A stretch of 64,000 bases of DNA from Bacillota bacterium (GTDB taxonomy: Bacteria; Bacillota; Clostridia; Oscillospirales; Acutalibacteraceae): the NCBI GenBank assembly GCA_023410445.1, contig JAEYPT010000006.1, positions 157,286-221,285 of the forward strand, read 5' to 3'. The position numbers and the translations under genes are program-made. A model generated the notes under the pieces. The model worked only from the letters and a program-made list of their open reading frames with translations, did not search any database and was not told the origin of the DNA. Shown in pieces: positions 38,820 to 47,638 of this stretch (the first letter of the stretch is position 1; each line of letters begins with the position of its first letter).

Positions 38820-39899
38820 ATGGAGATTGATATTGTTGCCGTCCTGAATCAAGCCGTGCAGAAACACGCTTCGGATATTTTCATCATTGCCGGCTGCCCC
38901 GTTTCGTATAAACTTAATAACCAAATTATTCCTCTGGAGCTGGATGGGCTTCCGGATTACCGGCTGACGCCGGACGACACCCGCCGCTGCCTGGAACAGA
39001 TTTACACGCTGGGCAGAGGGCGCGACATGGAGCTCTTCGTTCAGACCGGGGATGATGATTTTTCATTTTCCGTGGAAAATCTGGGGCGCTTCCGCTGCAA
39101 CGCCTATTTTCAGCGCGGCAGCATGGCCGCCGTTCTCCGCGTGGTCGCGTTCCGTCTGCCGGACCCGCGTGCGCTGAACATTCCGGATGCGGTGATCGAC
39201 CTGAATCTGATGAAAAAGGGCCTTGTGCTGATCACCGGCCCCGCAGGGAGCGGAAAATCCACCACGCTCGCCTGCATCATCGACAAAATCAACCACACCC
39301 GGAACTGTCACATCATCACCATCGAGGACCCGATCGAATACCTGCACCGGCACGACCGGAGCATCGTCAGCCAGCGCGAGGTCTCCCACGACACGGACGG
39401 CTATCTGCAGGCCCTGCGTGCGGCTCTGCGGCAGGCCCCGAACGTGATTCTGCTCGGCGAAATGCGGGATTACGAGACCATCGCCACGGCGATGACCGCC
39501 GCCGAGACGGGCCAGCTCGTTCTTTCTACCCTTCACACCGTCGGAGCCGCCAACACCATCGACCGCATCATCGACGTCTTCCCCCCAAACCAGCAGCAGC
39601 AGATTCGGGTACAGCTTTCCATGGTGCTGCAGGCGGTCGTTTCCCAGCAGTTGGTTCCCACGGTGGACGGCAAATTGGTCCCCGCATTCGAGATCATGCT
39701 TGCGAATTCCGCAATCCGCAACATGATCCGTGAATCGAAGGTGCACCAGATCGACAACGTGATTGGTTCCTCCATGGGAGAGGGCATGCTGCCGATGGAT
39801 ACGGACCTTTTCAACCTGTGCACCGGCGGAAAAATCTCCCGTGAAACTGCCCTTCTTTACGCCGCGAATGCTGACAGTCTTGCAAAGCGGCTGAAATAG
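38820..39899 (+). CDS. pilT: PilT/PilU-family retraction ATPase
   Basis: ASDIFI, GRFRCNAYFQRG, GPAGSGKST, TIEDPIE, GEMRD, STLHT, AIRNMIRE; no PilB N-terminal domains or tetra-Cys motif. Confidence 0.9.
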   Translation: MEIDIVAVLNQAVQKHASDIFIIAGCPVSYKLNNQIIPLELDGLPDYRLTPDDTRRCLEQIYTLGRGRDMELFVQTGDDDFSFSVENLGRFRCNAYFQRGSMAAVLRVVAFRLPDPRALNIPDAVIDLNLMKKGLVLITGPAGSGKSTTLACIIDKINHTRNCHIITIEDPIEYLHRHDRSIVSQREVSHDTDGYLQALRAALRQAPNVILLGEMRDYETIATAMTAAETGQLVLSTLHTVGAANTIDRIIDVFPPNQQQQIRVQLSMVLQAVVSQQLVPTVDGKLVPAFEIMLANSAIRNMIRESKVHQIDNVIGSSMGEGMLPMDTDLFNLCTGGKISRETALLYAANADSLAKRLK

Positions 39900-39930
39900 G
39901 AAGCACATTTTAGAAAATCTTAAGAATTGG

Positions 39931-39985
39931 AAAGCGGCCGGTGGGTCAGGGAAACACTTCCTGATCCTCCGGTCGCTTCGTTTCT
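39931..39985 (+). terminator. Hairpin/terminator closing the pilT operon
   Basis: AAGCGGCCGG...TCAGG / CCTGA...CCGGTCGCTT stem with a weak T tail. Confidence 0.55.
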
Positions 39986-40128
39986 CCGGTAAATGGCCCG
40001 CAGGCCTTGATACGCCTGGAAAAATCTCAAAAAACGGCTTTTTTCAATTTTGGATTATTGCACAATCATATCCTTCTAAATTATGTATTATTAACAATTT
40101 TTATGGGTGAAACTTTCCTCATTTCAGC

Positions 40129-40157
40129 TTGACATTCGTTTAGTTCCATGGTATCTT
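40129..40157 (+). promoter_or_regulatory. Sigma-A promoter upstream of the riboswitch
   Basis: TTGACA-17 bp-TATCTT with an extended TG. Confidence 0.65.
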
Positions 40158-40202
40158 ATTCGTATCCTCGAAATAGGAAATTTCTGTAAATTTAATGCAA
40201 AA

Positions 40203-40296
40203 AATTAAATATTCGGCAACCCATCTGAAAAGATGGCGACGCAAAGCTCGGAGTCTAACACTTTTGAGTTCGAAAGTTATGACAGTCCGGCCGCAA
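40203..40296 (+). ncRNA. c-di-GMP-I (GEMM-I) riboswitch
   Basis: GGCAA-CCATCT-GAAA-AGATGG-C-GACGCAAAGC...GTCTAA...TATGACAG..CCGG; GNRA-capped P2, tetraloop receptor and GCAAA junction match the GEMM-I consensus. Confidence 0.9.
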
Positions 40297-40326
40297 ACGA
40301 AAAGTTGCGGCCGGGCTTTTTTATTT
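40285..40326 (+). terminator. Riboswitch expression-platform terminator
   Basis: GTCCGGCCGCAA / TTGCGGCCGGGC followed by TTTTTTATTT; the 5' arm overlaps the aptamer 3' end. Confidence 0.85.
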
Positions 40327-40426
40327 CATATAGCAAAATTTGCTCCTTTCAAACTGTTTTCGACACCGATCATTCGAGTCAAAACAACGGAGCCACCGGC
40401 TGGGTGCTCAGCGGGAGGAAAAAAGA

Positions 40427-41071
40427 ATGAACGACATTCAATCCTACATAGAAAAGTTAAAAATTAAAAAATCAGTTGTCGGCGGGTTCGACCCGGAAGC
40501 GGTTTATACTGCTCTGCAGGACCTTTCATCCCTGTATGAGAAGGAAATCACCCGGCTTGGGGGAGAAAACGAACGGCTTGAAGCGGAGTGCAAAGCATCT
40601 GCCGGCCGACTTGAGGAAGCAGAAACAAAAATCATGAATTTGCAGGCCCGGGAGGTTGAAAAGCCGAAGGATCAAAGCCGGTATGATTTTAAACTCGACG
40701 CACTCGCTCAGGCGGTCGAAGCTTTGAACGCGAGCCGCGACGGCGTGATTGAGGAAGCGAGGCGCACCGCGCAGGAGATGATCGCCGAAGCAAACAAAAA
40801 GGTGGAAATCGCCCGTCAGGAATGTCTCAGCCAGAAGCAGCAACGGGATATGTACGCTTCAAAAGTGGCGGAAATGCGGCAGCAGTTCAGCATTTCAGTG
40901 AAAGGGCTACGTTCTACGCTGACCCGATTGCTCTCCGAAATCGATGCCCTGCAAAGGGAAGGCGTCGAGCGGGCGGAGAGTGTCTCAAACGGGACGGCAG
41001 CGACACCGGACGACGAGGCGGGCCGTCTGATCCGAATGCTGGCGGGGAGTGTCAGTCTGCATGACCGCTGA
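40427..41071 (+). CDS. DivIVA-like coiled-coil protein
   Basis: KIKKSVVGGFDPEAVYTAL DivIVA-like N-terminus and long coiled coil (EEARRTAQEMIAEA); RBS GGAGG. Confidence 0.65.
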   Translation: MNDIQSYIEKLKIKKSVVGGFDPEAVYTALQDLSSLYEKEITRLGGENERLEAECKASAGRLEEAETKIMNLQAREVEKPKDQSRYDFKLDALAQAVEALNASRDGVIEEARRTAQEMIAEANKKVEIARQECLSQKQQRDMYASKVAEMRQQFSISVKGLRSTLTRLLSEIDALQREGVERAESVSNGTAATPDDEAGRLIRMLAGSVSLHDR

Positions 41072-41636
41072 GAATCCGGCCACCGGGCCTGTGGAAGAGG
41101 GAATCCGGGGCGCCTTCGAAAAACGCATCCGGCTGGAGCGAAAGAAAAAGAGTCGGGTTCGCCTGTGCATCGATCTGGCTCTGACGGCGGTGATAGTCTT
41201 CCTTCTTTTCAGCGTAATCGCCGGAATCGCCGTCGTGCAGGGTGACTCCATGAAGCCGAATCTCACCAACGGAAGCGCCGCCGTATTCTTCCGATTGGAC
41301 CACACCTACCGGCGAAACGACATCGTGATCTTCCGGCCGGAGGGGAAAAATGAAATCCTGATCAAACGGGTCGCCGCCGTAGCGGGCGACAAAGTCGATA
41401 TCGATGACAAAACGGGCACTTTCCTCATAAACGGCGCTGCCGAACAGGGAAGCATCGCAATCGGAAAAACATTTTCGCGGTCCGGCGGCATTGTCTTCCC
41501 GTTCACCGTACCGAACGGCTGTGTGTTCGTTCTGGGAGACAACCGCGAAACTGCACTGGACTCCCGGGTCATCGGAACAGTAGGCACCGGAAACATCATT
41601 GGAAAAGTTTTCTTTGAAATCAAGGCTTTGAATTAA
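41061..41636 (+). CDS. lepB: Signal peptidase I (pilus-associated, SipA/LepB-like)
   Basis: GDSMKP (Ser), LIKRV (Lys), FVLGDNR, DSRVIG. Confidence 0.88.
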   Translation: MTAENPATGPVEEGIRGAFEKRIRLERKKKSRVRLCIDLALTAVIVFLLFSVIAGIAVVQGDSMKPNLTNGSAAVFFRLDHTYRRNDIVIFRPEGKNEILIKRVAAVAGDKVDIDDKTGTFLINGAAEQGSIAIGKTFSRSGGIVFPFTVPNGCVFVLGDNRETALDSRVIGTVGTGNIIGKVFFEIKALN

Positions 41637-41676
41637 TTTTTACCCTGCAAATTTGACGGAGAGGGGCGACGGCGGA

Positions 41677-44205
41677 ATGAATCCCCAGAAAAGAAAAATC
41701 GGACGCAGATTTCTCTGCGTACTGGTGGCAGCAATGGTTTCGCTGCTGCTGGTGGTCCTTCCGTTCGCGCAGACTCTCGATGCTTCCGATTCCGGCCGGG
41801 ATTCCGGTCGAGTCGGAGTTCAGGATTCCGGCGCGGCACCTGATTTTGAATACGAGGACGCCGACATGATTGTGACGGCGAACCTTTCTGATCACTCCGC
41901 AATTCCCGCCAACGCGGAATTTCACGTGGAGCCGATCACGAAAGAGAAAGACAATGCGGCGTATAACGATGTTGAAACCCAGATTGACAAAGAAGTTCAA
42001 AAAGGGCATCAGCATGTTACAGGCTTCCGCGCCTATGATATCTACTTTACGGCGAACGGAACGCGGTATGAACCGAAAGACGGTGACGTAACCGTTACCA
42101 TTCAGTATAAGAATGAGCTTTTCGGTTCGACGATCAAGAAATCCACCGATGAAGTAAAAGTGCTGCACCTCAAGAAATCCGGCGACTCCACCGTGGTGGA
42201 AGACGTCACCAAAGCCGTGGACGTGAAAGACCTTGCCGGAAAAAAAGTAAACAGGGCAAAGTTAAAATCACTGTCTTTAAAATTCGACTCACAGGCCGGC
42301 GCAGAAATCAAATCGCACGCCGGAAACCGCGATACAGTGGAGTTCGTCACCAAAAGCTTTTCGCCGGTTGCGGTGGTCTGTCTTGCAAGCGGCAATGTGC
42401 TTTCCGCAGCTGACATTGAAAGCGGTTTGGGGATTGCCACAAATTTTGCAGTTTTCGCTCAGAATTTTACTCTTGCAAATCACATGGAGGGGAATGTCGC
42501 CGTCAACGTTCTGAAGGGAGCCAACTCAAAACTCGGAGACTCGAGCCAATTATTCAGCAATGCGGCTGCATCCACTTTTACTCTGAATATTTCCGTTTCT
42601 GGCATCCCTGGCCAGACCTATAAGGTTGGCATCTATAAAAGTGCCAACGGTACCAATCCATTTTGTAATCCGGTATCCATTGTAATGGACTCCTCCGGTC
42701 AAGGTTCTCAGACGGTTTCAGGGTTGAATTCACAAACCGTTTATTATGCTTACCTTCTTGACAGCAATCAAAAGGCAATTATAGGAAGCAATTCACAGGG
42801 TATTACGGGTGGGGGCAGCGTCACTTACAGCGGCAATGACAGCTATATGCAAACCATTGCCTGCACCGCCAGCGCGGTGTTTCAAAATGCCAGCACGGGC
42901 GGCAGCACTGTTCCGCAAATCGTTACGTTTGGAAACCAGTATTTAATCAAGCACCATGATTACGCTACAAATAGTGACTCCTATATTCAAACTGGCAACG
43001 GAGCTGACACTCTGGTTACTGCAACCAGTACGCACGACTCCAAAATAAACCCCATCGGGGATGATTCCTCCTCCACCGCTACCATCGCAGGTACTACCTT
43101 CCCCATCGACTTCACTGCAGTCTTCAAGAGCCTGTCTACCCTTTCTTCTTCGTTGGGCAATGAGGGGAGTTTCAACAGCTCTAGTATGTGGGCGATCAGC
43201 GTTGCACCTTCCTCCAATGATCAATATGCTCTTCGAACTGCACTCACGAAAGCACTGAATTACGGTGACCTTCAGAATGATCTTACAAATAAGGGTATTC
43301 CGTTGGGCAGCAATCAGTACCTTGTCGTCAATGTTGACTGCAAGAATATAAATTCCGTAACCATACCGGCATGCCCGATTGGCGGAACATCTTACAGCGC
43401 CGGATATACGGACACTTCCAGCCGCGTAATCTGGAATTTTTATAATTCCAGCGGAAGTGCGTATACCGGAACCGTATCCACAGCTGCATCGATGCTTGGC
43501 ACGATTCTAGCGCCTTCCGCCTCTGTTATCATCGGTCCCACTATGTGCGGCGCGATTTATGCCGATACCGTGACGAATCAAAGCGGAGAAATTCATAAAT
43601 GGCCGTTCCGCTCTACAACCGGTGTTAACCGGGATGTCAGCTTCACGGTGCCCGGCGGCGATACAACGTCTGTGACGGTAAAAAAGGTATGGTCTGACAA
43701 CGGCAACAATGCAGGAAAGCGTCCCACCCAAATCACCTTTGATCTTTTGCAGAACGGCATTGTATTCAAGAAGCAGAGCATAAGCGGTGATCTTTCCGCA
43801 GGTACCTGGCCTGATGTTACATTTTCCAACCTTCCTTTAAAAGACGCCAGTGGCAAAGCCTACACATACACCATCTCAGAAGAGCCTGTTCCTTATTATA
43901 CTCCCAACTACGGAACCGCCACATTCGCGAGTTCCATCAGCACCTACTCCAGCTCTACATCATGTTCCAGCATCCCAAGCAGTACACCAAACTGTACTCC
44001 AACCTGCACGTCGGCAAACATAACCATTACGAACACTTATACTCCTCCCTATGTGCTCCCAGAAACGGGCGGAGGGGGAACCGCAATCTTTTACACGGCT
44101 GGCGGCACGGTTCTCCTGTTCGGTGCCGTTCTAGCGTTTGTCTACCGGCTGAATGGGAAGCGAAGGCATATTCGAAAACGAAGGCGTAACAGCCTGAATG
44201 AGTAG
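41677..44205 (+). CDS. Pilus tip adhesin: N-terminal beta domain, choice-of-anchor-A-like domain, CnaB domain, LPETG sorting signal
   Basis: Signal peptide; NFAVF...HMEGNVAV, VIWNF, LGTILAPSA; VTVKKVWSD...ITNTY; LPETG + TM + basic tail. Confidence 0.82.
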   Translation: MNPQKRKIGRRFLCVLVAAMVSLLLVVLPFAQTLDASDSGRDSGRVGVQDSGAAPDFEYEDADMIVTANLSDHSAIPANAEFHVEPITKEKDNAAYNDVETQIDKEVQKGHQHVTGFRAYDIYFTANGTRYEPKDGDVTVTIQYKNELFGSTIKKSTDEVKVLHLKKSGDSTVVEDVTKAVDVKDLAGKKVNRAKLKSLSLKFDSQAGAEIKSHAGNRDTVEFVTKSFSPVAVVCLASGNVLSAADIESGLGIATNFAVFAQNFTLANHMEGNVAVNVLKGANSKLGDSSQLFSNAAASTFTLNISVSGIPGQTYKVGIYKSANGTNPFCNPVSIVMDSSGQGSQTVSGLNSQTVYYAYLLDSNQKAIIGSNSQGITGGGSVTYSGNDSYMQTIACTASAVFQNASTGGSTVPQIVTFGNQYLIKHHDYATNSDSYIQTGNGADTLVTATSTHDSKINPIGDDSSSTATIAGTTFPIDFTAVFKSLSTLSSSLGNEGSFNSSSMWAISVAPSSNDQYALRTALTKALNYGDLQNDLTNKGIPLGSNQYLVVNVDCKNINSVTIPACPIGGTSYSAGYTDTSSRVIWNFYNSSGSAYTGTVSTAASMLGTILAPSASVIIGPTMCGAIYADTVTNQSGEIHKWPFRSTTGVNRDVSFTVPGGDTTSVTVKKVWSDNGNNAGKRPTQITFDLLQNGIVFKKQSISGDLSAGTWPDVTFSNLPLKDASGKAYTYTISEEPVPYYTPNYGTATFASSISTYSSSTSCSSIPSSTPNCTPTCTSANITITNTYTPPYVLPETGGGGTAIFYTAGGTVLLFGAVLAFVYRLNGKRRHIRKRRRNSLNE

Positions 44206-44260
44206 TTACGATAAATTTTTGGTTCGTAAACAAATATTGAAAAACAGAAAGGTGAAAGTT

Positions 44261-45961
44261 ATGAAAATCCGAAAAAAACTTGCAGCGATGCTGCTCTCGG
44301 TAATCACGGTTTTCTCTCTACTCCCGGCCGGCGCAATGGCGGCTACGAACAGTTTTGGCACTCCCGCACAAATAGTGGCGAACGACGGGTCTAGTAGCCC
44401 CGTTACCCCTCCGGCTACGGTAGGCACATTTACAAACGGCACGCTTAACATTCAAAAAACCGATTCTGCATCCAGCTTTGCGATTTACGAACTGTACAGC
44501 ATGAAAGCGGATGGAAACGCATACGACTACACCGTTGTCAATCCAAAATTCACAGGCATTTTGCCCAGTGATGCCAGCACGATATCTACATACAATGCGC
44601 AGCAACTGTCCGGCCTGACCAGCAAACTCCGTAATGTAATATCCGGCAACTCATCAACGCATGTGGTGTATGGCGATACATCCAAAGGTGACGCCGTTGC
44701 CCCTACAGTAACACCGCCTGCAAAAGCCAGTTATTTGAAGGATAAGTCAAATGCGGATGGAACGACATCCAAGGTCTATCAGGCGACATACAGCAGTCTT
44801 GCTCTTGGGTATTATCTGGTGATTGAAACTAGCACAGACAACGGAATGACTGCTTCAAAGGACTTCCTTGTGTCCGTGCCGATGGTTAGCAGCGGTGCTT
44901 GGATTAATACAGTAACTGCACTCTGCAAAGACAGCCCTGTCTCTACAGACAAAACCATCGCGGCCAGCATGACAGACTTTAACACGAAAGACCTGACCGG
45001 CGCCACCAGGAAGATCGGGGAAACGGTTCCTTATCGGCTCGATGCGGATGTCCCCAAATACGATGACAATGTAAATATATCCGATATTCATTTCATCCTG
45101 AACGACCATATGAGTAAGGGACTGAGTTATGACACAACCAGCGTAAAGATTTATGCAAACGGAAATCAGGCAAATGACATAACACAGTACTTCAGCATAG
45201 TGCCGACAGTAAATGCCGACAAGAGCACAGATTTGGTGATGACCTGCACTAACTTTTCAGCAATTTCCGGTTATTCCAACATCAGTGCCTTTTATTCTGC
45301 GACTCTGAATTCAGACGCCGTCATTGGGCAGGCAGGAAACCCCAACGAATATTATCTGACCTATACGCAGTCTCCCGGAGTTTACAAGGATACTAACCAT
45401 CATAAAGCCTATGTCTACACGTTTGGTCTTGAAATTTTGAAATTGGACACGAAAGACAGTAACCTTAAACTCGCCGGTGCTGAATTTAGCCTTTTGGGCA
45501 GCGATGACCAAACTCCGGTTACCGTCAACAATACAGCGGTCACCGGAACAACGAAAGCTGACGGAACGCTGGATTTCACGGGTATCAAAGAGGGGACCTA
45601 CTACGTACGTGAAACGAAAGCGCCTAACGGCTACGGTCTGATCGGCTATGATATTAAAGTAGAGATCACCGCTGTAACGGCTAACTCTATTCCCACAGGC
45701 GATTTCACCTGCACCTACTATGACAAGGCCGGAACTCCCCAAACCGCGTCTTATACAACTTCCGGCAGTGCACCGAATTTGCTGAAAGTCTTAGCTACAT
45801 TTAACGTTCTCGATCAGGCAGGCTTCATTCTTCCCGGCACCGGCGGCATCGGCACCACGATCTTCTTCGTAAGCGGCATTGCCATTCTCCTGCTTGGCGG
45901 ATGCATGGCTTTGGTGTATACTAAGAAGAGAAAGAAAACTGGCGGCCACTTCCAGCATTGA
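44261..45961 (+). CDS. Backbone (major) pilin with isopeptide domains and LPGTG sorting signal
   Basis: GYYLVIET, pilin-motif position WINTVTALCKD, D2 domain (LNDHMSKGLSY, YSATLN), E-box YYVRETKAPNGY, LPGTG + TM + basic tail. Confidence 0.88.
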   Translation: MKIRKKLAAMLLSVITVFSLLPAGAMAATNSFGTPAQIVANDGSSSPVTPPATVGTFTNGTLNIQKTDSASSFAIYELYSMKADGNAYDYTVVNPKFTGILPSDASTISTYNAQQLSGLTSKLRNVISGNSSTHVVYGDTSKGDAVAPTVTPPAKASYLKDKSNADGTTSKVYQATYSSLALGYYLVIETSTDNGMTASKDFLVSVPMVSSGAWINTVTALCKDSPVSTDKTIAASMTDFNTKDLTGATRKIGETVPYRLDADVPKYDDNVNISDIHFILNDHMSKGLSYDTTSVKIYANGNQANDITQYFSIVPTVNADKSTDLVMTCTNFSAISGYSNISAFYSATLNSDAVIGQAGNPNEYYLTYTQSPGVYKDTNHHKAYVYTFGLEILKLDTKDSNLKLAGAEFSLLGSDDQTPVTVNNTAVTGTTKADGTLDFTGIKEGTYYVRETKAPNGYGLIGYDIKVEITAVTANSIPTGDFTCTYYDKAGTPQTASYTTSGSAPNLLKVLATFNVLDQAGFILPGTGGIGTTIFFVSGIAILLLGGCMALVYTKKRKKTGGHFQH

Positions 45962-45968
45962 TTTTCCA

Positions 45969-45994
45969 CAGCGGGGGGAAGCATTCCCCCGCTG
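45969..45994 (+). other. Intra-operon stem-loop after the major pilin gene
   Basis: CAGCGGGGGGAA / TTCCCCCGCTG; may stabilise upstream mRNA or attenuate transcription. Confidence 0.5.
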
Positions 45995-46028
45995 CGATCC
46001 TAATTTTTAGGGGGAAAGACACGGGGGC

Positions 46029-46841
46029 ATGAAGAAGAATCTTCCCTTAATCATCATCGGCTTCGTCCTGATTGCCGGAGTCTGTGTGATTCTTTACCCC
46101 ATTGTAAGCGCTCTCATATCGAAAATGACCGAGTCCGTCACCATTGCAAACTACCAGCAGGCGGTAAATAATCTTTCCAAAAACGAAATCGCCAAGATGA
46201 AGGCAGACGCAATCCGATACAATGATCATCTTTCCGGAGCAAATCTTTCCGACCCGTTTTCCGGGAAAGGCGAGCAGCTCGACACCAGCTATGTGAAGAT
46301 GCTGAATGTCAATGACGTTATGGGCTACCTCGAAATCCCGAAAATCAAGGTCTATCTTCCGATTTTCCACGGCAGTTCGCAGGAAGTTCTCGCAAAAGGC
46401 ATGGGGCATCTGCCGAATACCTCCCTCCCCGTCGGAGGGCCTGGTACACACGCTGTGCTCACCGGGCACCGGGGCCTGCCGTCTGCGACGCTGCTCACCG
46501 ATCTGGATCAAATGGGCAAAGGCGACGAATTTTATATTCACATTCTCGACGAGGTGTTAGCCTACAAGGTAAACCAGATCAAAGTGGTTGACCCCGACAA
46601 TACGTCGGACCTGAGGATAATGCCTGGAAAAGACTACGTTACGCTCGTCACCTGCACTCCCTATGGAATCAACACGCAGCGGCTTCTGGTGCGGGGCGAG
46701 AGAACCCCGTATACGGGCATGAATACTTCGGCAGCACCGAGTATGGCCAATGAAGCTGCCGTGATTCCGTTCGTAGGTATTTTTATCGCCGTGCTTCCCG
46801 TGGTTTTGTTCATCCGATGGAAGAGAAGGAGTAAGAAGTGA
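46029..46841 (+). CDS. srtC: Class C (pilus) sortase
   Basis: DPF lid, HAVLTGHRG, TLVTCTPYGIN, RLLVRG, C-terminal TM. Confidence 0.93.
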   Translation: MKKNLPLIIIGFVLIAGVCVILYPIVSALISKMTESVTIANYQQAVNNLSKNEIAKMKADAIRYNDHLSGANLSDPFSGKGEQLDTSYVKMLNVNDVMGYLEIPKIKVYLPIFHGSSQEVLAKGMGHLPNTSLPVGGPGTHAVLTGHRGLPSATLLTDLDQMGKGDEFYIHILDEVLAYKVNQIKVVDPDNTSDLRIMPGKDYVTLVTCTPYGINTQRLLVRGERTPYTGMNTSAAPSMANEAAVIPFVGIFIAVLPVVLFIRWKRRSKK

Positions 46842-47599
46842 AATTGATCGGGAAGATCAGACGGCGCACTTGGACCACTGTTTCTCTGATTCTGGTCCTG
46901 GTTGGGGTTGTAATGTACTGTTATCCGATGATTGCGAACTATATCGCGCAAAAATACACCGATATTTCGATTCAGTCTTTCGACCACGCGGTGAACGGCA
47001 TGCAGCAGGATCAGCCGGTCAGTTCCGGGAACACGCTGCAGGTCGGCTCTTCTCCGCTGAATGTTCTTCTAAGACGGGTTCAGGCATACAACCAAAAACT
47101 CTATAAAGACGGTCAGAAGGACCTTGTCGATCCTTTCTCCTATCAGGTCAGCAGCTTCGATCTCTCCGATTACGGCATAGAGGATAATATGTTCGGGTAC
47201 ATTGAAATCCCGAAGATCAGTGTCCGGCTCGGCATTTATCTGGGCGCGACCACCAAAAACATGTCCAAAGGCGCGGTGCATCTGACGCAGACTTCTCTTC
47301 CAATCGGCGGGGTCAACACCAACGCTGTAATCGCCGCGCACCGCGGCTCACGCTATGGAAGCATGTTTCTGTGGATCGATCGGCTCCAGCCCGGCGATAC
47401 GGTGAAGATCACCAACGCATGGGGAACGCTTGCCTACCGTGTGACTTCCACCGCAATCATCGCACCGAACGAAATCAGTAAAGTGCTGATCCAACCGGGC
47501 CGCGATATGGTAACTCTGATCAGCTGCAATCCCTATGGGCAAAATACGCAGCGCTATGTAGTATATTGCGACCGTGACCAGAATGATCTGGCGTCCTGA
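46838..47599 (+). CDS. srtC: Class C sortase (second copy, no C-terminal TM)
   Basis: DPF lid, AAHRG, TLISCNPYG, QRYVV; GTGA overlap. Confidence 0.88.
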   Translation: MKLIGKIRRRTWTTVSLILVLVGVVMYCYPMIANYIAQKYTDISIQSFDHAVNGMQQDQPVSSGNTLQVGSSPLNVLLRRVQAYNQKLYKDGQKDLVDPFSYQVSSFDLSDYGIEDNMFGYIEIPKISVRLGIYLGATTKNMSKGAVHLTQTSLPIGGVNTNAVIAAHRGSRYGSMFLWIDRLQPGDTVKITNAWGTLAYRVTSTAIIAPNEISKVLIQPGRDMVTLISCNPYGQNTQRYVVYCDRDQNDLAS

Positions 47600-47638
47600 A
47601 TCGGGCTTCCCGGCAAATGACAGAGAAAGGATGGTGAT

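Noticed and set aside
40203..40296. Cyclic AMP-GMP (GEMM-Ib) specificity
   Set aside because: The discriminating position appears to be G, consistent with c-di-GMP.
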